Source: Bacteroidia bacterium (lineage in GTDB: Bacteria > Bacteroidota > Bacteroidia > NS11-12g > UBA9320). From it: DNA of 51,437 nucleotides. A program made the translations under genes and the position numbers. Under the pieces are notes generated by a model that saw nothing but the letters and a program-made list of their open reading frames with translations, did not search any database and was not told where the DNA came from. The first letter of the stretch is position 1. Each line of letters begins with the position of its first letter. The stretch spans positions 1-51,437 of the forward strand of contig JBLHOC010000002.1 of the NCBI GenBank assembly GCA_047620825.1, in the 5' to 3' direction. Shown in pieces: positions 20,652 through 30,128 of the stretch.

Positions 20652-22105
20652 ATGAAGGCATTAAGGAGCTTGTTTGCAGCAGGGTTTGTTTTGATTGGAG
20701 CCCAAATGGGATACAGCCAATCCTTGCGTATCGTTTATGATTTTATTCAAGATGAGGTACATTATTATCGTACCAAAGCCGGTGACCCAATCGGAAAAGA
20801 AATCAGTTCCCCAGTTGTTGGCCGAGACAAAATTGTGAGCGTTGAAGTAATAAATTTCAACAAATTTGTTTACGCCGCGGATGCCACTTATACATCTAAA
20901 ACAGTTGAAAAACAGTCGGACATGGTTTTTTGGATATCATAAGCCCTTTGGTTAACCCATTGGGATCTGGTAGTTTTTTTACTGCACTGGGCGGCAGCCT
21001 ACCTGATGAAATAGGTAGAGGAGGCTTGATGGCTTCAAGAGGAGCGAGCTCTGCGTATGATGACATATTAAATGCCTACAAAACATTGTCTATCTTGGAA
21101 AACGACATGAAATCAGTGTACTATGCTATTACTAAACTCAACAAACTGAAGTATAATCCTTACTTGCCATCGGATACCATTGTCAATATGTCGAACAGGA
21201 TTGTGGCTCAAATTTTCATCAAATCCGTCATGAATCCAAGTGACTTCTCAGAAGTTATTGTTCGTTTTAATAAGAACTATATCTCATCTTTATCCAACTT
21301 AAAAACATCAACGATATCGTTTTTGAGGGAATATGACTCTTATGCAAGTAGAAACGAGGGAAGTTTTGAAGGTCGGGGTTTAGATGCTGCTGTTCGCCGT
21401 TTTAACACAGAAGTAAGTCAGATTACAAAGACATTCAATTCAGATTTTATCACAGAACAAATCGATTATTTGGAAACGGTTTACTCTTCTATTATATCTA
21501 CACGTTACAGGTTTAATTCAAGCCACGGGGCTAAAGACGATGAAATTGATTTGACTTTGAACTTCTATAAGGTACCTATGGACGAGAAAGGAAATCATTT
21601 GTCTGTAGATCGAAGCAAGCTAAGGGAGTTGTCAAGAATTAAAGAGAAACGGATTAACATCACGGTTAGAGGAGATATTAAAGTGTCTTCAAGTATTGGA
21701 CTTGCCTTCCCTAAGTATCAAACGACTAACGAATATATCTATCGCGACAGTTCTATCATATCAGTTGATGGCAGCAAATTCTCACCAAATTTAGGGGCTT
21801 ACATCAATGTTTATTCTTACACCGGTCGTACCGTTCAATTGGGAGGTACATTTGGAGTAGGGGTGCCAATGCAGGATGAACAAAAGAACGTGAACATGTA
21901 TCTGGGTTTAACAGCACTGTTTGGTTCAGACAGCAGAGGCGGTTTAAATGCTGGGGCAAGTTTAGGGCAAGTTAAAAAACTAGGTGCGGGTTACGAAATC
22001 GAAAATTCGCTGCTACCCGGGGATCTAACTATACCAACACGAAATGTTTGGGAGTGGGGGACTTTTATCGGCATATCATTTAACATCGCAAAAACAGGAA
22101 CTTAA
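20652..22105 (+). pseudogene. Hypothetical exported protein split by a 1-nt frameshift in a T6 tract (20926..20931)
   Basis: ORF 20652..20942 (signal MKALRSLFAAGFVLIGAQMGYSQS) and ORF 20930..22105 overlap in different frames. One extra T would read ...KQSDMVFLDIISPLVNPLGSG... continuously, giving about 484 aa. Confidence 0.6.
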
Positions 22106-22347
22106 TGGGTTGGTTTTGGTACATAATTCTTGGAGCTCTTTCGGGCTGGTTAACTCAAAAGTTACTAAAGCGTGAATCCAAAGGGTTCATTAAAAACTTA
22201 CTGCTTGGCGCAATAGGTGGGTTTGTAGGATCTTGGATTTTTAAATTGTTGCGACTATCTCCAGAACCGAGTAAATTAGGCTTCGTTGTTACCGCCGTTG
22301 TTGGTGGTGTAGTTGTGGTTTGGTTAGCCGACAAATTGAAGTCATAG
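22105..22347 (+). CDS. GlsB/YeaQ/YmgE family (transglycosylase-associated) small membrane protein
   Basis: 80 aa with Gly-rich helices: ILGALSGWLTQKL...LLGAIGGFVGSWIF...VVGGVVVVWL. Confidence 0.8.
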   Translation: MGWFWYIILGALSGWLTQKLLKRESKGFIKNLLLGAIGGFVGSWIFKLLRLSPEPSKLGFVVTAVVGGVVVVWLADKLKS

Positions 22348-22364
22348 GTACCGCATTTTTAATT

Positions 22365-22372
22365 TAAGTTTG
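22365..22372 (+). promoter_or_regulatory. Candidate Bacteroidota -7 promoter box (TAAGTTTG)
   Basis: Exact match to TAnnTTTG, 16 nt upstream of the TTG start at 22388. No well-spaced -33 TTTG was found. Confidence 0.25.
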
Positions 22373-22387
22373 CATTAAATCAATGCA

Positions 22388-24334
22388 TTGAAGCTCTCCG
22401 TAGTCATAGTCAATTATAACGTCAAGTATTTTCTTGAACAATGTTTGCTGTCCGTCCAAAAGGCGTTGGCCAATGTTGATGGCGAAATTTGGGTTGTAGA
22501 TAATGATTCTGTTGACGGTTCTGTTGAAATGGTTCGTGAGAAGTTTCCAAATGTCCATTGTATTGCCAATACAATCAATTCTGGATTCTCAGTCGCCAAT
22601 AACCAGGCGATTAAAAAATCAAACGGCGAATATATTCTATTACTAAATCCTGATACTGTGGTACAGGAAGATACATTTAGATCATGCATTGAATACCTTG
22701 ATGCACACGGTGATGTCGGTGGTTTAGGTGTGAAGATGATAGATGGAAAGGGGAAATTTCTACCTGAGTCAAAACGCGGACTGCCAACACCTGAGGTTGC
22801 GTTATACAAAATGGTAGGGTTAAATAAACTTTTCCCGCACTCAAAGAGATTCGGGAAGTATCACTTAGGTTTCATTGGTGAAGATGAAACGGCCGAAATT
22901 GATGTGCTTGCAGGTGCTTTCATGCTGATGAGAAGGACTGTACTGGATAAAGTGGGCTTACTGGATGAGACTTTCTTTATGTACGGTGAAGACATTGACT
23001 TGAGTTATAGAATTACACAAGCGGGTTATAAAAATATCTATTTTCCAGAAAATTCAATAATCCATTACAAAGGAGAAAGCACAAAAAGGATGTCGGTAAA
23101 CTACGTTTTCGTATTCTACCGTGCCATGGTCATTTTTGCTAGAAAACATTACAAAGGGACGTCAGCTAGTTTCTTCGTTGGGTTAATAAATGTGTCTATT
23201 TATGTACGAGCATTTTTAGCTCTTGTGCAACGCGTCATAGTAAAGACCTGGCTTTTTACCTTAGACGCCATCCTAATAGGAAGTGGTTTAGTGTTGGTGA
23301 AGGATTACTGGGAAGAACACTTTAAATACTTCGATGGGTATTATGCACCAGCATATGCTCAAACGCATTTTCCAATTTATACACTTATCTGGTTGGTCAT
23401 GGTTTTTTGGAGTGGTGGGTATCAAAAGCCCTATTCAATCGTTAAAGTGCTTCGAGGTATCATTGCTGGTACGATTGTGATCTCGGCGATTTATGCGTTT
23501 CTCCCTCAGGAATATAGATACAGTAGGGCTATCATTTTAGCCGGTACAGCTTCTACAGCATTTATGCTATTGACAATTAGAGCGATAGCACATTACAAAC
23601 AATACAGAAACTTCAAGTTTGGTCAAGTATCAAATGTCTCTTCAATTATTGTGGGACATAAAACAGAGCGCCATCGCGTTTTGAGCTTAATCAAAACTTC
23701 TGAATCACCGAATCAATTTATAGGCTTTGTCACGATAACTGAAGAAGAAGGAAACCAAATATTGGGCACATTAAATCGATTAGAGGACCTTTGTAATTTA
23801 TACAAGGTGGGTGAAGTTATTTTTTGTTCAAAGGATGTAAGTAGCACAGAGATAATGCATTGGATGTCAAAAATGGCGTCGACAAATGTTAGCTTTAAAA
23901 TAGTTCCTGACGACAGCGGCTTTATTATCGGAAGTAACGCTAAGGATATGAATGGGGAGCTGTATACGGAAGAAATACGATTCGCATTGGGAGATAAAAA
24001 TACGATTCAGAAGAAACGATTAATAGATGTCGTTTTAAGTGTATGTCTATTGCCACTGGGATTAGTTATTGGCTGGTTTGGTTCTGGTATTACAACCTAT
24101 TATAACCGGGTAATAAGTACGCTCGTCGGACGCAAAACCTGGGTGTCTTACGACAGCGCCATATCTACGGATGATTTACCACCTTTAAAAAATGGAGTGT
24201 TTCCTATCAGCCACGAATCAAGAGCGATTGAATTGACCGACTCAATCCGACAAAGGTTGAATTACTTCTATGCTAAAAATTACCACATCAGTGTTGATAT
24301 AGGCATCATTGCGAGAAACATACTCAAACCTTAA
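22388..24334 (+). CDS. Family 2 glycosyltransferase fused to a multi-TM region and a degenerate sugar-transferase-like C-terminus
   Basis: 648 aa. The N-terminus LSVVIVNYNVKYFLEQCL...VVDNDSVDGS...LLLNPDT...YGEDIDLSYR is GT2. The middle has 5-6 helices. The C-terminus has a Rossmann-like SIIVGHKTERHRV...EVIFCS followed by KKRLIDVVLSVCLLPLGLVI. Confidence 0.8.
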   Translation: MKLSVVIVNYNVKYFLEQCLLSVQKALANVDGEIWVVDNDSVDGSVEMVREKFPNVHCIANTINSGFSVANNQAIKKSNGEYILLLNPDTVVQEDTFRSCIEYLDAHGDVGGLGVKMIDGKGKFLPESKRGLPTPEVALYKMVGLNKLFPHSKRFGKYHLGFIGEDETAEIDVLAGAFMLMRRTVLDKVGLLDETFFMYGEDIDLSYRITQAGYKNIYFPENSIIHYKGESTKRMSVNYVFVFYRAMVIFARKHYKGTSASFFVGLINVSIYVRAFLALVQRVIVKTWLFTLDAILIGSGLVLVKDYWEEHFKYFDGYYAPAYAQTHFPIYTLIWLVMVFWSGGYQKPYSIVKVLRGIIAGTIVISAIYAFLPQEYRYSRAIILAGTASTAFMLLTIRAIAHYKQYRNFKFGQVSNVSSIIVGHKTERHRVLSLIKTSESPNQFIGFVTITEEEGNQILGTLNRLEDLCNLYKVGEVIFCSKDVSSTEIMHWMSKMASTNVSFKIVPDDSGFIIGSNAKDMNGELYTEEIRFALGDKNTIQKKRLIDVVLSVCLLPLGLVIGWFGSGITTYYNRVISTLVGRKTWVSYDSAISTDDLPPLKNGVFPISHESRAIELTDSIRQRLNYFYAKNYHISVDIGIIARNILKP

Positions 24335-25614
24335 TCTTCAGACATTAAAGCTGATATAAAGTCTCGTATGAGCCTAAATGAGCCATTGTACGATTTTGCT
24401 TCAAGTGTTAGATTTTCTCTAGTATCATCAATATCGTGGTAATGATTATAAGGTCCCATTAAGTAAAAGAAAAAGGCTGGAATTCCAGATTCGGTAAAAA
24501 AGTAATGATCACTATTGGCCGCCTTCCCACGTTTTTTGGTTTGAGGCAGATATTTCTTCGTTTCGTTTATCGACGAAAGCAACTCATATTCTTTATCAAG
24601 TATAGCACCATTCACCGCCATAATACCTTCCTGTCCAGAACCCATTAAATCCATGTTTACAACAAATCGGATTCGAGTAGGTTCTACAAATGACGAAAGC
24701 TCATTGACAAAAAAGTAACTTCCAACCAATCCGGCTTCCTCTGCAGCAAAGGCAACAAACACAACGGAATAGCGAGGAGGATTTTGGATATAATAGGATG
24801 CAAAGTCTAACATCATCGCAATGCCACTTGCGTTGTCATTCGCTCCAGGCATCACACATTTTTGTCCCATTTTACCTAAGTGATCATAATGACCGGTTAT
24901 GAAAATGAACGAGTCAGATTGCTCGGAACCTGGGATATAGCCAACCACGTTTCTCGCGGCATGTCCATGAATCATCTTAGCTTCGATTTGAAGTGATATT
25001 TGATCTAAATCGCTTAGAACACCAGGTAGAAAAGATATATGTGATTTACTGTTTTGATTTCTGCCTACAGACCATGTCAATTTTTTATGGTTCTTGAGCA
25101 ACACTGGATTTTTGTATTTTTTTAAGAATTTGTCATACTTCTTTTGGGTTGACTTGTCCACAGCCATCGTGTCAACGAGAACAACATGTTTGGACCAATC
25201 TAATTTGAGTAGTTTTTTAAAACGCTTTTTGTCAAGTATCAAAGCTTTGTCGAGCATGTGAACTGTTAAGTTTTGAACGATAGTCGTTGGACAATCTGGC
25301 GCCACGATAAAATCCCTGCCAGGTGTAAGGTCAATTTTATTCTTAGTAATGTTTACGACAGTTGGAAACGTATTGACATTAAGCTTAAAACGGTGATAGT
25401 AACTAGAAGTGTTCAACTTCTGAAGTCCAATAGTTTCATATTGACTTGCGATATAGGCTGAAGCCCTTTTATCTCCAAAGTCTACATATCCTCTTCCGCC
25501 AAAGTAAGGACTACACAAGGTGTCAATCGTGTACTGAGCGTTAACTACGTCTTGGGCAACACTTGTGTTGGCAAACAAGAGGTAGCAGAATAGAATGGCT
25601 ACAAATTTTTTCAT
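24331..25614 (-). CDS. M28 family metallopeptidase (aminopeptidase)
   Basis: 427 aa with a signal peptide. Motifs are ITGHYDHLG, PGANDNASGIAMMLDFA, FVAFAAEEAGLVGS and NMDLMGSG. Confidence 0.85.
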   Translation of the reverse strand: MKKFVAILFCYLLFANTSVAQDVVNAQYTIDTLCSPYFGGRGYVDFGDKRASAYIASQYETIGLQKLNTSSYYHRFKLNVNTFPTVVNITKNKIDLTPGRDFIVAPDCPTTIVQNLTVHMLDKALILDKKRFKKLLKLDWSKHVVLVDTMAVDKSTQKKYDKFLKKYKNPVLLKNHKKLTWSVGRNQNSKSHISFLPGVLSDLDQISLQIEAKMIHGHAARNVVGYIPGSEQSDSFIFITGHYDHLGKMGQKCVMPGANDNASGIAMMLDFASYYIQNPPRYSVVFVAFAAEEAGLVGSYFFVNELSSFVEPTRIRFVVNMDLMGSGQEGIMAVNGAILDKEYELLSSINETKKYLPQTKKRGKAANSDHYFFTESGIPAFFFYLMGPYNHYHDIDDTRENLTLEAKSYNGSFRLIRDFISALMSED

Positions 25615-25623
25615 AAATCGAAT

Positions 25624-25657
25624 TTAAAAAAAAGCCGTGGATTAATCCACGGCTTTT
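25624..25657 (-). terminator. Rho-independent terminator closing the protease island
   Basis: The minus strand reads AAAAGCCGTGGA-ttaa-TCCACGGCTTTTTTTT, about 20 nt after the reconstructed ankyrin stop (25679..25681). Confidence 0.75.
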
Positions 25658-25678
25658 GAACCTTATTGTTATTGTGGT

Positions 25679-26166
25679 TTAGAGTTTTCCTTTTTCTGCC
25701 TTCTTTAAGTATTTCGCAGCGTCTTTAAATTTAATACCTTTTGCAACTTTTCTCGGTGTTCTTCCTTCGTTGTTAGTTCTTTTTGGGTCAGCTCCTTTTT
25801 GAAGTAATGCTTCAATCGTTGCCATGGTTCATTGTGAAACGCCAATATGTAAAGGCGTTTTTTCCATTTGTTTTTCGCGTTAACATCAGCGCCATTGCGG
25901 AGTAACTCCTTAACAATGTCAATCGACCCCTTTGTAATCGCCCAATGCAATGCTGTGTTGTTTCGATTGTCTTTGATACTTAAATCATAGCCTTGTTTAA
26001 GGATATATTTTACGGCATCCAAATTTCCTTTGTTTATCGCATAATACAGCATGGTTTTACCTGCGCCGAGATCTAAATCAACCTTCATACCATTGTCAAT
26101 CATGTTTGTAAACATCTCTGTTCTACCATGCGTTATACCGTTTTGCGTTGTTTTTTCGGATCGCAT
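25679..26166 (-). pseudogene. Ankyrin-repeat module, disrupted; probably the C-terminal part of the upstream trypsin-like protease gene
   Basis: Classic ANK repeats are present: GKTMLYYAINKGNLDAVKYILKQGYD and NNTALHWAITKGSIDIVKELLRNGADVNAKNK. After an A6 run (plus-strand T6 at 25858..25863) the ANK pattern continues in another frame as PLHIGVSQ*TMATIEALLQKGADPKRTNNEGRTPRKVA...KGKL. That frame has an in-frame TGA at 25829..25831 and a TAA stop at 25679..25681. Confidence 0.65.
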
Positions 26167-27025
26167 ATTCTAAGTTATTATATACTGCTAATGCTTTTAT
26201 GCTTAGCGGCATCGATGTAATCCGCTGTACTTCCGTACTCATCGTTGATGGAGCGTAACCCAAATCGTCATAAATGGATTCAGCGTCCACGTTGTCGTAT
26301 CTAACTTCTTTTACGCAACTACAAGTTGAATCAACATAGTATCCCTTCGCACCTTTATCAACTCTACCTCTTACCAAAATACCTTCAATCATGTTTAATC
26401 CGGCAGTGTTGTAAACTGGTCCGCCAGAGTTTCCTCCAAAAGCGTCTATGTTAGTCCCGAACCAAGTCCCAGCCGAGTTCATCGTAACTTTTGCGCCGTC
26501 AGCAAGTTTTAACGGAAGACCAGCAGGAGCGCCAATCATAGCTAAGTTATCTCCTTTGGCAATTTTAGCGCCGGTTCTAAAACGGAACGGGGCACGATCA
26601 GTTTCTCGATCAAGTAGTATGACAGCGTAATCTAATCCACGTGCACGGTCAAGAATGCCAATAAGCACTTTTTTAACGCCATACTGTTTTGATGTTGGAA
26701 TTGTTGCAACGTAGTATCCTTTGCCTTCTTGGGTTTTTCTTGTCATCCTAATATCGTTTGTATAATCAACAACCCAATATTTTTCACCAAACTTCATGTT
26801 CTCTGGTTTATCATTATAACTCTTGTGAAACACAACTTTACCATCTCTAATTTCGTGCTGATCACCTGAAATACAATGACCTGCAGTGACCATAATATTT
26901 GGTGCAATTAAGAAACCCGTGCATCCACCTAAACTCGGTTGATTTTTAAACCTAAGGTTGGGGTCCACTTTATCAGCTTTGTAAGCAGATTTAAGCAATT
27001 CTTCCAGTGTCCAGCTATAGGCCAT
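26123..27025 (-). CDS. Trypsin-like (S1, V8/Trypsin_2-type) serine protease without a signal peptide; its 3' end is probably frameshifted away from the ankyrin repeats
   Basis: 300-aa ORF with the triad contexts MVTAGHC (His), LDYAVILLD (Asp) and GGNSGGPV (Ser). The last ~25 aa (KALAVYNNLEYAIRK) already look ANK-like. The ORF overlaps the ANK ORF out of frame at an A6 run (plus-strand T6 at 26151..26156). Confidence 0.8.
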   Translation of the reverse strand: MAYSWTLEELLKSAYKADKVDPNLRFKNQPSLGGCTGFLIAPNIMVTAGHCISGDQHEIRDGKVVFHKSYNDKPENMKFGEKYWVVDYTNDIRMTRKTQEGKGYYVATIPTSKQYGVKKVLIGILDRARGLDYAVILLDRETDRAPFRFRTGAKIAKGDNLAMIGAPAGLPLKLADGAKVTMNSAGTWFGTNIDAFGGNSGGPVYNTAGLNMIEGILVRGRVDKGAKGYYVDSTCSCVKEVRYDNVDAESIYDDLGYAPSTMSTEVQRITSMPLSIKALAVYNNLEYAIRKNNAKRYNAW

Positions 27026-27076
27026 CTCCTTTAAAATCTTTTTTGTTCATGCGCGTTATTACGGCACTCGTGTAAC

Positions 27077-28050
27077 CTATGCAATCATACGTTTTTGCTT
27101 CCTTTCGACAGTCGTATCAGTTGCATTAAATGTTTGAACACTTGACCCGTGTGTTTTTAAATAGAAGTTAAAAATAATGGTTTCAATATCTCCCTCAGCT
27201 ACAACGATTTGGTTTTTATACATCTGATAGGCATGTACTTTTACGGATTGATAGAAAGACTCGTAACTTATACTATCAGTTAATTCTTCCAGTTCTCTAG
27301 CAAATGCTAAGCTGAGTATACCATTCCCATTTAGTTCGTGTGCAACACTATGAATCTGGTTTGCAGACAAATGAAATAGATTGGCGTAACCTGTGCTTGG
27401 TATGGAAAACGGTTGATCATCCATAATGCCTATTTCGTTTTTTCCAGTATGTGCGAAAGTGTGCATTTGATAAGAGGGTTCTAATAGAAGATTTCCACCC
27501 CGAGTATATTTTTCATCAGAATGACTATCCCACCCAAAACCTGCGTCTACAATAACAATGAACTCTCCGAATTCCCCGAGTTTAATGCGAAATCTATTGA
27601 TAATAGCCCTGAGCTCTTCATCTAACAAGTGATTTTCATTTTTATATAAGGCGTCATATGTTTTTGGTGCCCCATAGCAGACAAGCGATTCGTCGTAGCC
27701 ATCCTTTTCATCCGCGTTGTAATCTAATACGAGTTGACGTGACCGCTAAAGTAAAATAGAACAATATCACCAACGTTACAACTGTCATACAATTCATTCA
27801 TAGCAGCAATAATTCTATCCTTAGTTTTCTGTGTATTAACGAGTTATGTAACATCATTGAATCCAACAGTTTTGATGGATTGCGACATAACATTAACGTC
27901 ATTATCACCATGCGTTTCACTCCAACCAGAATCCTCGGTATATGAACCAACCCCAACCAAAACGGCTCTTTTCTAAATGGCAAATATCAATTGAGTAAAC
28001 CCTATCAAGACCAGGATTAGTAACGAGATCTTAGCGATTCTCTTAAACAT
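27077..28050 (-). pseudogene. Exported caspase-like (peptidase C14) protein, disrupted (copy A)
   Basis: Hand translation gives MFKRIAKISLLILVLIGFTQLIFAI*KRAVLVGVGSYTEDSGW...GFNDVT*LVNTQKTKDRII...GDIVLFYFSGH. After a 1-nt shift it continues QLVLDYNADEKDGYDESLVCYG...FIVIVDAGFGWDS...HLSANQIHSVAHE...ISYESFY. Lesions are TAG 27973..27975, TAA 27844..27846 and a frameshift near 27738. The expected D-x-C-x-S-G reads DAGFGW. Confidence 0.65.
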
Positions 28051-28135
28051 ATTTTCAAATAGTGTCATGTGTTGTTATTTAACTATATATATGTTTATCA
28101 ACTACTTAGGTAAATGATTAAATGTCATTTTTGTA

Positions 28136-30128
28136 TTATCGTCTGATCTCAAATCCAATATATGATGTGGACGCTTCCATGCCTGAACTGCGCACTTTTT
28201 GAGTGATACCCCCCCTGTTTGCTTGCGAATATCCTTCTCGAAACAAAGTTTCCAGTTGATATTCTATATCACGCATTCGGGGTTTTTTCGTTAAAATTGG
28301 TGTAAAATCTATCGGCTCTTTACTGGCAAATAGTTTAAATACCTCCATTCCGTACGGCGCTTGAAAAGTGACAAAACTTCCTGGAACAATAAAGCTTTGC
28401 CCTGCTTTGATCCTAAAATCTTCGGGATTTTGCTTTAAGGTCGGATCTTCGGCTGGCAAAATACCGTTAATGCCGCCATCAGGTTGAATGTCGATTACAC
28501 TGAAATATGCATCGTTTGTTCCAATATGGCTTGCTTTGATGAGTATAGCTATTTGATCAGACTCTTTAAAAAACATTCGACCATTATCTGAAATATCTTC
28601 AATTTTCAATGTGTCTGTGACTTTATATGAATCATCTGCCAGCACTTCATAACGCACTGGAATAAATTCGAAAACAACATTATATCGTGGGTCAGTAAGT
28701 TCTAAGTTTTTCATGTAAGTGCCTCGCGAAAATGCTTTTAAGGTCTCCACAAGTTCAGCATAATTGTTGTCTGAAGACAAGTTTTCTGCAAACACTTTAT
28801 TATCGGTGCTGCGTATCATGTCTATGTTCCCTCTGCCACCAGCTTCAATGATAAAATCCACATCTTTTTTCATTAGCGAGAACTATGGAGAGTTTGATAT
28901 AGCTGCCGCGACACCAGCATTTTGGGCCTTATCCCAAATGTCTATTCTCAAACAGATGGTTATTTCTCCGAAACTATGTTCAGTGATAAAAAACCAATAA
29001 TCATCCAAAGAACCATCCAGATCTTTTTCAAATTCTACTTTACACCAGGTGCCTTCCGAAACGATAACCTTCCCAGCTGCGATTGGACTTTTCCCTTTTA
29101 TGGATGTTGTTCCAATAGGATAAGCCGCGATGGAAGCGTTATCAAATATTCCATGCAATTTTCCACCGTATAAGAATGCCGTATTGTCTCTTACTTTAAA
29201 GGCTTTATAAAATGGTTCTTGCTCTATCACTTGACCGGCGAAAAGCGCACGATCAATATTGCCTTCAATGGCTGGTTTTTGTGATGGAGCTAATACAGAC
29301 ATTTTCTTTTAAGATTTGAGCAAAAAAACCACGATACGTCATTGTGCTATTCATTTTGTCAACACTCCGACTAATTGCAGTAGATAAAGAACCTGCACCT
29401 TTATATTCATAATTGACCTCTGAAGCCTGTGCACCAGAAATTACAACCAATGGTGCCAATAAACTGGCATCTATATGTTTTGATTTTGATTGGAACACCC
29501 CTACGTCGTCAGTACCTTTTGTAGCCACATAGCCAGGTCGATGCATTTTAGGCATCCCGCCTCGACTTATTTCTTCACCGCGAGAAACAGTTCCAGAGTG
29601 ACATGCGTCAGCAAACATGATTACATCACCGGTCGGGACAATCTTTAATCTAGGAGTAATAATTCAAGTTCATCATCTCTTAAATGCTGCGAAAAATCAT
29701 ATCCATCTTTATAAGCAGGTGGTGCACCAAAGGTTACAAATCGCTTCATCATATCCATCTATTTCATTCCCATTGTCATCTTCAATTTGTTGTCCGTGCG
29801 ACGAAAAATGAATGATAACAACATCACCCTTTTGGCTTGTTTTTGTGAGACTTTTGATGGCCGTAACGATACCTTCTTTTGTAGCTTGCTCGTTTTTTAA
29901 TATATCAATATGCTCAGTTTGAAACCCTTGTTTTTGTAATGCGGATGGAATCAAAGGTATGTCGTTGACACTACTAATGTCTCGCCAATCGGGGGTTTGG
30001 CCAGATTCAGGGTAGTCCCCAATAGCGATTATCAAACCTTTTTTGGTTTGTGCTTGGAGCGAAAATGCGTGAAGAAAAAGCAAGAGACATGTGATGACGC
30101 TTACGAATAAATTTCCTTTCAATCTCAC
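28136..30128 (-). pseudogene. Exported caspase-like (peptidase C14) protein with a C-terminal DUF4384-like domain, disrupted (copy B)
   Basis: A signal peptide (LKGNLFVSVITCLLLFLHAFSLQAQ) is followed by KKGLIIAIGDY...VVIIHFSSHGQQIEDDNGNEIDGYDEAI (His box). About 26 codons then run in another frame (FGAPPAYKDGYDFSQHLRDDELE) before the original frame resumes with KIVPTGDVIMFADACHSG (Cys box). There is a frameshift in an A-rich run near 29301..29312 and an in-frame TAG at 28883..28885. ORF 28136..28873 follows, with AYFSVIDIQPDGGINGILPAE...IKAGQSFIVPG...YGMEVFKLFASKEPIDF (DUF4384-like). Confidence 0.7.

Noticed and set aside
28136-28873. Bacterial gasdermin, suggested by a ~245-aa ORF next to caspase-like proteases
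   Set aside because: The sequence fits the DUF4384-type domain that commonly follows caspase domains. It is in frame with the upstream caspase fragment across a single TAG, so it is the C-terminus of that protein.
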